64,000 bases of DNA, from NCBI GenBank assembly GCA_963769885.1, contig CAVYNH010000004.1, positions 256,001 through 320,000 of the forward strand, read 5' to 3'. Under the pieces are notes generated by a model, which was not told the DNA's origin, made no database searches, and saw only the letters and a list, made by a program, of their open reading frames with translations. Of this stretch, positions 38,135-48,736 are shown one piece after another. The number at the start of each line of letters is the position of its first letter. The first letter of the stretch is position 1. The position numbers were made by a program, and so were the translations under genes. Origin of the DNA: Methanobacteriota archaeon (GTDB taxonomy: Archaea > Thermoplasmatota > E2 > DHVEG-1).

Positions 38135-39685
38135 ATGGATCAGCGATTCGCACTCCTCAGCGTTTTTGATAAAACCAGTATTACCGACCTCGCCAGCGCC
38201 TTCGCCGCCGCCGACATCAGGATCCTCTCCACCGGCGGCACCGCCAAGGCCCTCAAGGCCGCCCGCATCCCCTACACCGAGGTCTCCGACTACACCGGCT
38301 TCCCCGAGATGCTCGACGGCCGCGTCAAAACCCTCCACCCCAAGATCCACGCCGGCATCCTCGCCCAACGACACAACAAAGACCACACCGCCACCCTCAC
38401 CAAACACGAAATCACCCTCATCGACTACGTCGTCTGCAACCTCTACCCCTTCGAAACCACCATCCAAAAACCCCACGTCACCATCGAAGACGCCATCGAG
38501 AACATCGACATCGGCGGCCCCAGCCTCCTTCGCGCCGCCGCCAAGAACTACCCCGGCGTCGTCGTCCTCACCTCACCAGCCCAATACCCAGACGTCATCA
38601 CCGCCCTGAAAACCAAGACCCCCATCACCCTCGAGCAGCGCCAGCAGTACGCCATCGCCGCCTACGCCCACACCGCCCAATACGACACCCTCATCACCAC
38701 CTACCTCCGCACCACATGGGCACCCGACCCTTACCCCACCGACCTCACCCTCACCTTCAGAAAAAAACAAGCCATGCGCTACGGCGAAAACCCACACCAA
38801 CACGCAGCCTTCTACCACACCCTCCCACCACCAACCGAGCCCTGCATCACCACCACCACCCAACTCCACGGCAAAGAACTCTCCTACAACAACATCCTCG
38901 ACAGCAACACCGCCATCGAAACCCTCAAAGAATTCACCGCCCCCACCTGCGTCATCGTCAAACACGCCACCCCCTGCGGCATCGCCACCGCCCTCACCCC
39001 CCTCCAAGCTTGGAAAGACGCGTACGCCACCGACGTCTACAGCCCCTACGGCGGCATCGTCGCCTTCAACCGCCAACTCGACGCCGACACCGCCACCGAA
39101 CTTGGCCAGTACTTCCTCGAAGTCATCATCGCCCCCGACTACACCCCTCAAGCCCAAACCATCCTTGAACAAAAAAAGAACCTCAGACTCCTCACCCTCC
39201 CCGGCCTCGACAAAGAAATCACACGCGGCGGCACCGAATACCGTAGCGTCGTCGGCGGCCTCCTCACCCAAGACCGCGACACCACCTTCACCCCCCCAGA
39301 CACCTGGAAAACCGTCACCACCACACACCCAACACAAGCCCAACTCGACAGCATGGCCTTCGCCGCCCGCTGCGTCAAACACATCAAATCCAACAGCGTC
39401 GTCTTCGTCACCGGCACCCAAACCGTCGGCATCGGCGGCGGACAGACCAGCAGAGTCGACGCCGTCTGGATCGCCACCCACAAAGGCCAAGACCGCATCC
39501 GCGGCAGCACCATGGCCTCCGACGCCTTCTTCCCCTTCAGAGACGCCGTCGACGTCGCCGCCCAAGCCGGCGTCGCCGCCATCCTCCAACCCGGCGGCAG
39601 CATCCGCGACGACGAAGTCATCCAAGCCGCCAACGAACACCACATCCCCATGGTCTTCACCGGCCAACGCTACTTCCGCCACTAA
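38135..39685 (+). CDS. purH: Bifunctional AICAR transformylase/IMP cyclohydrolase
   Basis: STGGT, GRVKTLHP, IDIGGP, RYGENPHQ, ASDAFFPF, QPGGS. Confidence 0.96.
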   Translation: MDQRFALLSVFDKTSITDLASAFAAADIRILSTGGTAKALKAARIPYTEVSDYTGFPEMLDGRVKTLHPKIHAGILAQRHNKDHTATLTKHEITLIDYVVCNLYPFETTIQKPHVTIEDAIENIDIGGPSLLRAAAKNYPGVVVLTSPAQYPDVITALKTKTPITLEQRQQYAIAAYAHTAQYDTLITTYLRTTWAPDPYPTDLTLTFRKKQAMRYGENPHQHAAFYHTLPPPTEPCITTTTQLHGKELSYNNILDSNTAIETLKEFTAPTCVIVKHATPCGIATALTPLQAWKDAYATDVYSPYGGIVAFNRQLDADTATELGQYFLEVIIAPDYTPQAQTILEQKKNLRLLTLPGLDKEITRGGTEYRSVVGGLLTQDRDTTFTPPDTWKTVTTTHPTQAQLDSMAFAARCVKHIKSNSVVFVTGTQTVGIGGGQTSRVDAVWIATHKGQDRIRGSTMASDAFFPFRDAVDVAAQAGVAAILQPGGSIRDDEVIQAANEHHIPMVFTGQRYFRH

Positions 39686-39713
39686 AAACAAAAACCAAAC
39701 AAAACGGACACCC

Positions 39714-41486
39714 ATGCACCTCACCATCAAAGCCCGCGACGGACCCGCCCGCACCGGCATCCTCACCATCCACGACACCACCATCCACACCCCCTCCATC
39801 CTCACCCTCACCCCCACCACCATCCCCAACACCATCCACCTCACCACCATCCCCACCACCCTCTTCTCCCCACACCCCAAACCCACCAGCTACCTCCTCT
39901 ACCCCAACAACCTCCCACTCCCCTTCCAAAAAGAGACACTCACCTCCTCACAAAAAACCCCAGACCTCCACCTCATCCCCCCGACCCCAGAACTCCTCAC
40001 TAACCTCACCACCACCCCCGGCACCTTCTACACCGTCACCAACGCCGCCCAACTCTACCACCACCAAACCGCCTTCGTCGCCTTCATCACCACCCTCCGC
40101 CAGACCCTCGCCCCCGAAAGCCTCCTCTACCTCCCCGCCATCGCCACCCCCACCACCCTCGCCATCCTCACCTACCTCGGCGCCGACCTCACCGACACCA
40201 CCCAAGCCCACCTCGCCGCCCACCACCACACCCTCCTCTTCCCCACCGGCCCCATCCCCCAAACCGACCTCACCGAACTCCCCTGCCACTGCCCAACCTG
40301 CACCACTATCAAAGACCCAACAACCATGACCTGCTCCGACATCCTCACCCACAACATCCACGCCCTCACCACCGAAGCCCAACACATCCGCACCGCCATC
40401 ACCCGCGGCACCCTCCGCGAACACGTCGAAACCCGCGTCCGCGCCGACCCACACGCCACCGCACTCCTCCGACTCCTCGACCACAACCACCCCGCCTACC
40501 TCGAAGAAGCCACCCCCCTCACCAGACGCTACCCCCTCCTCGCCACCACCCGCGAAGCCCTCACCCGCCCCGAAGTCCGCCGCTACCAACACCGCGTCCT
40601 CTACCGCTACCACAAACCACCAACCGCCCACATCCTCCTCCTGCTCCCCTGTGCCGCCCACAAACCATACTCCGAATCCAAAAGCCACACCCTCTTCCGA
40701 GCCGCCCTGCTCGCCAGCCCCAACCCCTGGGCAGTGCACGAACTCATCGTCACCTCCCCCCTCGGCCTCGTCCCTCGCGAACTCGAGATCGTCCCCCCAG
40801 CCTCCTGCTACGACATCGCGGTCACCGGCCACTGGGACGACGACGAGAAGACCATGATCACCCGACTCCTCCGCCACTACCTCGCAGCCAACCGATACGA
40901 CCAGATCATCAGCCACCTCGGCCCCCACCTCCATGCCATTGTCGAAGCCTTGATCCCTGGCGCGACGGTGACCTGCGTAGACATCCCAACCTCGGACGCA
41001 TCACTCGACCGTCTCAAACAGGAGCTCGGTGTCCGCACCGCTCAGTACCCCCGGGTCAGCCCAGCCCAGCATGCCTGCGAAGAAGTCAGCGCCGTCGCCG
41101 CCTACCAGTTCGGCCCAGCCATCGCCGCCGCCCTCATGAAAGACAGCGCCGTCCGCGGTCGCTACCCGTACCGCAAGATCCTCAAGAGCAACAAGCAGCT
41201 CGGCATGATCACCGACCGAGGCCTCATCTCCTTGACGTTTGGCGGTGCGCAGGCCTGCGCCGCCGAATCTGGGTACTCCGTCACCATCGCGGACGACTTC
41301 CGCCTAATCGGCTCCGTGTTCGCTCCCGGCATCATCCAGGCCGACCCAGGAATCCGCATCGGGGACGACGTCTGGGTGAGACAAAACAACATGGTCCGCG
41401 GCGTCGGCGTCGCGACCATGAGCGGACCGGAGATGAACCGCGCACGGCACGGGGAGGCGATACGAATCCGCCATCGCCATACCTGA
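39714..41486 (+). CDS. arcS: Archaeosine synthase alpha subunit (TGT-like, DUF5591-type and PUA domains)
   Basis: RDGPARTG, CHCPTC, LLLPCAAHKPYS, TSPLGLVPRELE, C-terminal PUA. ATG at 39714. Confidence 0.9.
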   Translation: MHLTIKARDGPARTGILTIHDTTIHTPSILTLTPTTIPNTIHLTTIPTTLFSPHPKPTSYLLYPNNLPLPFQKETLTSSQKTPDLHLIPPTPELLTNLTTTPGTFYTVTNAAQLYHHQTAFVAFITTLRQTLAPESLLYLPAIATPTTLAILTYLGADLTDTTQAHLAAHHHTLLFPTGPIPQTDLTELPCHCPTCTTIKDPTTMTCSDILTHNIHALTTEAQHIRTAITRGTLREHVETRVRADPHATALLRLLDHNHPAYLEEATPLTRRYPLLATTREALTRPEVRRYQHRVLYRYHKPPTAHILLLLPCAAHKPYSESKSHTLFRAALLASPNPWAVHELIVTSPLGLVPRELEIVPPASCYDIAVTGHWDDDEKTMITRLLRHYLAANRYDQIISHLGPHLHAIVEALIPGATVTCVDIPTSDASLDRLKQELGVRTAQYPRVSPAQHACEEVSAVAAYQFGPAIAAALMKDSAVRGRYPYRKILKSNKQLGMITDRGLISLTFGGAQACAAESGYSVTIADDFRLIGSVFAPGIIQADPGIRIGDDVWVRQNNMVRGVGVATMSGPEMNRARHGEAIRIRHRHT

Positions 41487-41508
41487 GCTAAAAAAAGAAA
41501 ACGGTCCC

Positions 41509-41850
41509 TTATTTTCTTGCAGCGACCGTAATCGTGCCCATGTACCCGCACTGGGGGCAGGTATGAGTAAACGAGGTCGGCTTCTTGGTGCGGACCGAGA
41601 GGGAGAACGTCTTCTTACAGGAAGGGCAACGATACAGATGCACGGCAGAGGCAGGGGCTTTGTCAGTCGGAGACTTCGCAGTCTTCCGCACCCCAAGCAG
41701 CATCCATACAAGCGGGATGAGCAGGACAACGTCGACGAAGAGAACCTGCAGCATCCACCCGTTCTCATTGACCATATCATACATTGCGACGATCAGCGTC
41801 ACCAGACCCAGGGGGATGACGCAAACCGCGATGAGGACGCGTCGGTTCAT
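41509..41850 (-). CDS. Small membrane protein with C-terminal zinc ribbon
   Basis: Two TMs, CPSC...CPQCG; GGAGG SD. Confidence 0.7.
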   Translation of the reverse strand: MNRRVLIAVCVIPLGLVTLIVAMYDMVNENGWMLQVLFVDVVLLIPLVWMLLGVRKTAKSPTDKAPASAVHLYRCPSCKKTFSLSVRTKKPTSFTHTCPQCGYMGTITVAARK

Positions 41851-41854
41851 GAGG

Positions 41855-44834
41855 CTACCTCCTCCGAATAACGAGAAGGCCGAGGAGGAAGATGACGACG
41901 AAGAACACCACCGCGAGGGTGAGGTAAAGAGCATGGTCCTGAAAGACCTCGATCAGGGATGCCTCTTGGCGGCCATGCAGAGGGTCTGTATGGGCAGTGT
42001 ACTCTTGTAGGTTACTGGCACCGTCCCCGTCCGAGTCGATGAGGGCATCCGAGGCGTTGTACGGGTCAAGCCCGTACAACAGTTCCCAGTCATCCGGCAG
42101 CCCGTCGTTGTCGGTGTCGTTGAGATCGAGGGTGATCCAGAACGTCATCTCGGGGCTGCGGGCGGTGTTGTTATAGTAGTCGACGCTGGAGACGCGATAG
42201 ATGTACTTACCGAGGTCGTGGTAGATCTGGGTGATTTGATAGTATCCGGTCGTGTTCTTTTGGAGGATCACGTCAGAGTAGGTGCCATCAGGCGTGGTGA
42301 TGCGGGCTTGGACGCTGCGGATGCCGTAGTTGTCGTGGGTCCCGCAGGTGATCTTCACGGGAAGGCCGGGGAGCTGGACCTGGGGCTCGACTTCGATGAG
42401 GTCCAGGGACGGCGGGGTCTTGTCGATGACGACGGTGAAGTTCCCCGTAGCAGTGGCCTTGTTTTTAAAGTAGGCGGCGTCGGTCGCGGTGATCGTAAAG
42501 CTGTATCTCCCGAGGGCCCAGGTATCCAGCAGGGTGTAGCGATACCTGGTATCGTTGAGGAGGGTCATGTTGGCGGCGAGTTGGGTGTTCTTGGGGGTTT
42601 TGATGGTGATGCTGACGAGGCTGATACCGGAGGCGTCGGTCGCCCTGACGGTGAAGATGGCGGGGAATCCTTTTTCGATGATGCCGGGCTCTTCGAGGAT
42701 GCTGATGACGGGCTTGTTCTTTTCCGCCGGGATGACCACCAGGGGTCGGTCGAGGCGTTTGAGGCGGTTGTTCGTGTCGTTGTAGTCTGGGGTGGAGGCG
42801 TTGGGGTGAATCTCGACGCCGACGTAACCATTCCCCCCTGTATTTCTCGTCGCCGTACTTGACGGGGGACCAGGTGAGGTCGACGATCATGGTCTCTCCC
42901 ACGTCAAGGGAGATGGTCGTGGAGTTCACTTCTCCTGTGTAGAGCACGTTGGGGGGGTCGTGCTGTTCGACGAAGAGGGCGATGGTGTAGTTGACGCCGG
43001 TCTTATGTCCGTTGTTGCGGATGGTGGTGGCGATGACTCCGGCGCCGTACTCGTTGAGGGCTGTGCTCGGCAGGCTGATGTCGACAACGGTGAAGTCGGC
43101 AGCGCCTTGGACGGTGACGGTGGCGGTCTTGTTGTTGTTGGCGGTGTTCGGCTCGGTGTAGTCCGAGCAGCTGATGGTGACGGTGATCTTGTAGGTGCCT
43201 TGGGTGGGGTGCCAGTAGCAGACGAAGCTGGTGTTCTTGTCTTTTGGTAGCACGTTTCCGGTGGAGTTCAAGAGGTAGGTGGAGTTGCATTTGAAGCTGA
43301 TGCGGACGTCGGGGACGGTGGCGTTGGTGGCAGTGGCGTAGGCGGTGATGGTGACGTTGCCTTCCGTGGGGGTGTTAGGGAATCGCAGGTATGTGAGGGC
43401 GATGTCCGGGATGGTGATGTTGAGGGAGTAGTTCTGCCGATTGATGTACCCGGCGTTGTCTATGGCGGTGGCGCGAATGCTCCAGTTGCCTCTGGGGAGG
43501 TTGAGGCGCTGGGTCCATTTGAGGGTATCGAGGGTGGAGAACGTCAGGGTCCGGTTGAAATGGCCGTTGAGGAGGAGGTCGGCGGTGACGGATTTGGCTT
43601 TCGCGACGGTTTTCAGGGTGATGGTGAAGTCTGTATTCGGCAGATAGAAGGTTTGGATGACGGTGGAGGGCTCCAGCCACCAGCCTTCGGGGTTGCTGGT
43701 GGAGTCGATGACGGCGGTGCCGGGGTTTTGGTGGATGGGTTTGGAGAGGTTGGTCCGGGTGCCGTTGTTGTCGTAGGTGTCGAAGTAGACGAGGTAGAAA
43801 CCGCGGCCGGTGACAGCCCAAGTGAGGTCTCCTTTCGCGTTGGTCTGAGAAGCGTAGTCGTTGGCTCTAGTGAACTTATAGGGGATGACGTTGTTTTTTC
43901 CGGCAGCGTATTTGACGACGGTAATAGTGGCGTCTTCAAGGGGCTTACTAGTGAGGCCGAGGGTGTGGAGTGCGGCGGTGAAGTTCACGGTCTTGGTGAG
44001 GTTTCCGGTGCCGGTGGCATTGTAGTAGTAGCGGTAGTGCCAGCTGGTGTTCCACCAGGGGATTTTAACCGTGGTGATGGTGGCGACGAGGGTGGCGGTG
44101 TTGTTGGTTTCGTTGAGTTCGTAGACGGTATGGTCTGGGTCGAGGACGATGGTGACGGTGGTAAGACCGGCGGTGGTCGGGGTCCAGCTGAAGGTGAGGG
44201 CCCAGAGTTGGCCGTGTTGGAGGCCAATGATGGCGGTGGTGTTGATGGTTTTGTCATTGATGCGGCAGTCGGCGTGGATGGTTTCGGTGGTGTTGGCGCC
44301 GGTGTTGGTCGCAGTGGCTTGCAGGGTGATGAGGGAGCCGACGGTGGTGGTGCCGGTGAGGGTGATTGGGGTGGTGAAGGCGAGGTCTGGGGGCGGGGGG
44401 TGGATGGTGATGGTGGCGGTGCGGTAGTTGTTGTGGGGGTTGGGGTCGTTGAGGCCGGTGCGGGCGGTGAAGTTGAGGGTGCGGTTTTGTGGTAGGTTGG
44501 CGGGATGGTGGCTAGTGAATTTGGCGATCCAGTAGAGGGTGAAGGTATGGTGGGTGGTGGTGAGGGTGATGGTGGTGTTGATGCTGGTGGTGTAGGTGCC
44601 GTCGACGAGGAGGCTGACGTTGATCCAGGTATTGTTATTGAGGTTGGGGGGGGTGGTGATGTTGACGGGGAGGGTGAGGTTGGTGCCGACGATGGTATCG
44701 GTGGGGATGGTGAGGGGGTCGATGGAGAGGTCGACTTGGGTGGAGGCGGTGGCGGGGAGGGCGAGGGATGGTAGAATGATGAGGACGGCCAGTACGGTGA
44801 GTATCGTGTGCGTGGTAGAACCAGGGTTTTGCAT
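41855..44834 (-). CDS. Large cell-surface protein (CARDB and Ig repeats, Ca-binding DxDxDG repeats, C-terminal TM); +1 frameshift near 42830
   Basis: PDL...ELNETNN CARDB; DTDNDGLPDDWE...DSDGDG; TM followed by RRR. Frames join across GGGGGGAATGGTTAC. Confidence 0.75.
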
Positions 44835-44917
44835 TGTTCTCCTCCCGATGTGCTGGCGTCATATTTGGTTCGTAGTATTTCTATTTTTTGATAAAAATAT
44901 CGGCTTTCGGGTATTTA

Positions 44918-46162
44918 TTATTCGGTCAGTCGGTAGGGTCTGAGGTCGACGTAGTCGCCGAGGCGGACCCAGAGGGCGAGGTGGGTGAGGCCGGTGAGGG
45001 TGATGTTGGCGCTGAGGGAGGCGTAGAGGCGGGTGGGGGGGAGGAGCGGGCGGCCGTGAGGCAGGAGGATTTTCCAGGAGAAGAAGATGGTGCCGGTGAA
45101 TTTGGTGGTGGCGTGGGGGGTGAGTTCGTGTTCGGTGAGGTTCCCGTAGGCGAGGTAGTTAAGGCCAGTGGAGAGGACTGAGTAGTAGTCGATGCGCAGA
45201 TCCTTGACGTAGAGGGGGAGGCTGGAGGGGTTGTAGACGGTGAGGTTGGTTTCTCCTTGAATGCCGCCTTTGACGCGGTGGGTGTCGACGAAGAGGCGTA
45301 GTTCGATGGGGGCGGTGTGGGGAAGGAGGGTTCCGAGGTCGGGGAATGCGAGGGTGACGGCGGTGCTGAGGGGGAGGGTTTTAGTGGTGCCGGCGATGAT
45401 GGCGCTGGCTTTGCTAGTGAAGGTGATGGTAAGGGTTTGGGCGTTGAGGATGCTGAAGGCGAGGAAGCCGTTGCTGTAAAGGGTGGCATTGGCCTTGGCA
45501 GGGATGGTGCCGTTGGTGATGGGGAGGAGGGTGACGGTTTCGTTGGTTTCGTTGCCGATGCTGAGGGTGGTGTCGTGGAGGCCGAGGGCGAAGGCGTTGG
45601 GGTTGGTGATGGTGATGGTGGTGTTGAGGGCGATGCTGGTGTTGGTGATGGTGCCGAGGGTGGGGGCGATGTGGATGGTGGGGAGGTGGATCTGGTCGAT
45701 GAGGTCGTCGATGCTGGCTTGGATGGTGAGGCTGAGGGGGAGGGTTTTGTGGATGATGGCGAAGGTGATGTCGATGTCGCCGGTGAGGGCGGCGGTGAGG
45801 AGGCCGGTGAGGTTGCCGGAGAGCGTGATGGCTTTGGTGTCGGTGAGGGTGGTGGTGGTGTGGGCGGGGATGGTGCCGTTGGCGAGGGGGATGCTGGCGA
45901 GGTCGGTGGTCGTGGTGCGGAGGGTGAGGGTGAGGTGTTGGAGGCTGAGGTCAAAGTCGTTGGTGTTGTGGATGGTGAGGGTGTAAGCGAGGGTTGCCTG
46001 GTCGGTGCCGAGTGTGAAGGTGGTGACGGCGATCTCGATTTTCGGGAGGCTGGCGGAGTTGACAGTGAAGATAAGGAAGGCGCTGACGGCGATGTTGAAG
46101 ATGATGAGGATGAGGAGGACTAGGAGGGCGAAGAGGGTTCGTCGTCTGGGAAGGGGTCGCAT
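44918..46162 (-). CDS. Membrane-anchored multi-LEA_2/WHy-domain protein
   Basis: N-terminal TM; three repeats with (H/T/Y)N(T/P)(N/S)-type motifs. Confidence 0.7.
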   Translation of the reverse strand: MRPLPRRRTLFALLVLLILIIFNIAVSAFLIFTVNSASLPKIEIAVTTFTLGTDQATLAYTLTIHNTNDFDLSLQHLTLTLRTTTTDLASIPLANGTIPAHTTTTLTDTKAITLSGNLTGLLTAALTGDIDITFAIIHKTLPLSLTIQASIDDLIDQIHLPTIHIAPTLGTITNTSIALNTTITITNPNAFALGLHDTTLSIGNETNETVTLLPITNGTIPAKANATLYSNGFLAFSILNAQTLTITFTSKASAIIAGTTKTLPLSTAVTLAFPDLGTLLPHTAPIELRLFVDTHRVKGGIQGETNLTVYNPSSLPLYVKDLRIDYYSVLSTGLNYLAYGNLTEHELTPHATTKFTGTIFFSWKILLPHGRPLLPPTRLYASLSANITLTGLTHLALWVRLGDYVDLRPYRLTE

Positions 46163-46336
46163 GGTGGCGGTTTTTAATTATCTTATATTATATATATTAC
46201 TGTCGATGCCTCGGTGTTTTTATGGTTTACGGAAGGGGGAAGGCCTTTTCTTTTTGAAATCTGGATTTTTTTGTCTGTGGGAAAATAGTCGTTATACGGT
46301 ATGGTGTCTATAAAAAATAGAAAAGATGGGGGTCGC

Positions 46337-47818
46337 CTAGAACCCCAAGAGGCGTCGAAGGACCGGGAACGCATGAGGGAAATGTTCGAGTATCCAGGAG
46401 AGGATGCGCGGCGGCTGGTACGGCATCTTCACGGGGAGTGTTGACCAGTTGCTTGAGGCGTTGTAGGGATCGACTGCCTTTGCCTTGATGGTGTAGGTGC
46501 CTCGTTTTTGCCATGTGTGGTTCGCCTGCGCCGCGGCCCCGGAGTTGTATGGGCCGATTTGTTCGACTGCGCTGCCGTCCCCCCAGTCGATGAAATACCG
46601 GACTTGGTTCCCGTCGGGATCAATCGACGAGAAGGAGTATTGGACAGGTACTCGCGGTTTTCCACTGGATGGTCCATTGATCGATGGGGGTGCCGGTGGG
46701 TTGTTAATAGATTCTGAGACGACGTAGTCTATCGGAGAGCCATCGAGGTACCATTGGCCAGCGTCTTCCAAAAGTTGTCCTTCTTTTTCGGTGGTGTCGC
46801 CCGCGGTGTCATTCCCTTGCCGTTCGTCGTCGCGGTACTCAAGGAACACGCAGCCTTGCTGGGTGTAGATGCCGGCGAGCATGATGCAGTGGTGGTCATA
46901 GCATATCTCGACGTCCTCCGTCTTCAGCTCGTATTGGAGCCAGTCCTTCAGGTTCGCGGGGTTTTCCTCTGTGCAGCCGGCGACATTGTTACTCATCCAT
47001 CCAGTCAAGTCAACGAACTTGGTGACCGCCCTGCCGTCCTGTCCTTTGAGGTAGGCGGCTTTGGTCTCCAGCATCTGTTCTTCATCGTGGTGTCCTGTGC
47101 CGTGGCCGACTCCTAGGCCTGCGAGATCGTTGTAGACGTCCTGCGCGGTTTTCCCTGGTGGGAGATTCTTCAAATCGTACGTGGTATCCAGCCATTTGAT
47201 GCTGCGAGCGTATGCGCCGGTGATGCAGTTATTAGGTGCCTCTTGAACGCTGGAGATGTTGGTGTGTTTCAGAGCATCTGTGACAGGCCCTGATGCAATG
47301 TGTCCGCGGGGGAAGCCGACTTTCTGCGGGGGGTCGACGGTATGGCCCCAAGCGTCGCGATCAGAAGGTATCACCATATACGAGACATTGTTGCCTTGCG
47401 GCTGGGTTTGAAGCGGGGCACGCTCATACGAGACGATAGCTTGGAGGGAACTCAATGGCATGCCTTCGTGGAGACCGAGGTCCGCGATGTTGAAGTAGAC
47501 GACTTGGTCAAGGGGGAGATGATACGCTACGGGGAAAATCGGGTAGTTTTGGACAATCCAGGCAGGGGCATACCCAGCGGTTGCGACGATGTTAACGTAC
47601 CAAAAGGCGGAATCGGGCACGGTATGGAGATCAATTCGTCCCCACAATGAATGCATTACGAGCGGCATGCCGTTATAATACCAATCGAGCTGACTGAACG
47701 CGACGGTATGACGGGGTTGATCTACTTTATCACTGTCTATCCTTTGAGCATTTACCATAGGAATGGCGGTTGCAAGTAACAGCATGCAGATAAAGAATCC
47801 AACTATCTTCGTTTTCAT
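46337..47818 (-). CDS. Secreted protein with putative papain-like cysteine peptidase domain and PKD
   Basis: Signal peptide; QEAPNNC...HCIMLAGI...YRDD; PKD IDWGDG. Confidence 0.65.
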   Translation of the reverse strand: MKTKIVGFFICMLLLATAIPMVNAQRIDSDKVDQPRHTVAFSQLDWYYNGMPLVMHSLWGRIDLHTVPDSAFWYVNIVATAGYAPAWIVQNYPIFPVAYHLPLDQVVYFNIADLGLHEGMPLSSLQAIVSYERAPLQTQPQGNNVSYMVIPSDRDAWGHTVDPPQKVGFPRGHIASGPVTDALKHTNISSVQEAPNNCITGAYARSIKWLDTTYDLKNLPPGKTAQDVYNDLAGLGVGHGTGHHDEEQMLETKAAYLKGQDGRAVTKFVDLTGWMSNNVAGCTEENPANLKDWLQYELKTEDVEICYDHHCIMLAGIYTQQGCVFLEYRDDERQGNDTAGDTTEKEGQLLEDAGQWYLDGSPIDYVVSESINNPPAPPSINGPSSGKPRVPVQYSFSSIDPDGNQVRYFIDWGDGSAVEQIGPYNSGAAAQANHTWQKRGTYTIKAKAVDPYNASSNWSTLPVKMPYQPPRILSWILEHFPHAFPVLRRLLGF

Positions 47819-48103
47819 GGTGGCTTTCCTCCCCATGCCTAGACATGGCACACCTTCTTATTGTTCAATAGTATATAAATTTTCACAATTGAATGTACTT
47901 TGACAGATAGAAAAAAATTTTAACTAATTTGTTTTGACTGGGCTCGGTTTGATACGGTTCACTTGGAAGATAAGAATTTTTCTTGTTTATTTTTCACGGT
48001 TGAATACTGCAAGAAAGTAAAAAAAATTGAGTAAAAGAAATAGCCTCAACAGCGTAAAAATCAAAAAACTAAGATTTTTAACAAATGGAATTCATTTTGA
48101 ATC

Positions 48104-48541
48104 TCAACTCGAGCCGGCATCCAAGGCTTCGTTGACGAGGGCGTCCGCTTGGGCCTGATGGGGGTTGCTCCTGGGAACGTTTCGATAAATCACTTTTACG
48201 AAGGCTTTCTCCCGTCTTTTGACAGCTTCGTAGAGCGGGAGAAGATGGGGAGCCTTGATCTGATAAGACCCTTTCATTTGTCTGATGACGACTTCGGAGT
48301 CCATGAACACATGGACTTCCCCTTGAGTATGCCGGACTGCGAGTTGTAGCGCTTTCAGTAGCGCGGTGTACTCAGCGACGTTGTTTGTCGCAGTCCCAAT
48401 GAATTCCTTATGCCGTTCGATGACCTGGTCGTGTTCATCGAGAATAATGACGCCGATAGCCGCAGGACCGGGATTGCGTCTCGATCCCCCGTCAGCATAG
48501 ACAGAAACCAGTCGGTGTATCACAGTTACCTCGCTCTCCAA
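48104..48541 (-). CDS. rnhA: Ribonuclease HI (archaeal type)
   Basis: YADGGSRRNPGPA, TNNVAEY, MDSE, ADALVNEALD. Confidence 0.93.
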   Translation of the reverse strand: MESEVTVIHRLVSVYADGGSRRNPGPAAIGVIILDEHDQVIERHKEFIGTATNNVAEYTALLKALQLAVRHTQGEVHVFMDSEVVIRQMKGSYQIKAPHLLPLYEAVKRREKAFVKVIYRNVPRSNPHQAQADALVNEALDAGSS

Positions 48542-48736
48542 CGACTTTTGTAGGACAGACCCCTGGAGTTTAAAAAGATTTCATTAAAAAAATGAGGCTC
48601 CCGGAGCAGTCCAGGCCCCGGAGTCTTCCTATACTAGGATTCGTCAGATACCTTGCCTTGAGGAATCAAGCTTGCCCAGATGGCCGGGCTCAACCATGAG
48701 AAGAACGCACGGTGCGTCGAGGGTATCATAGGGAAA

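Noticed and set aside
39102-39713. 204-aa N-terminal extension of ArcS in the ORF track
   Set aside because: Ser/Pro-rich shadow overlapping purH; the real start is ATG 39714.
46277-46288. GTGGGAAAATAG identical to part of the left transposon end
   Set aside because: Isolated 12-mer without a terminal GGTTCTGT or a TSD; likely chance.
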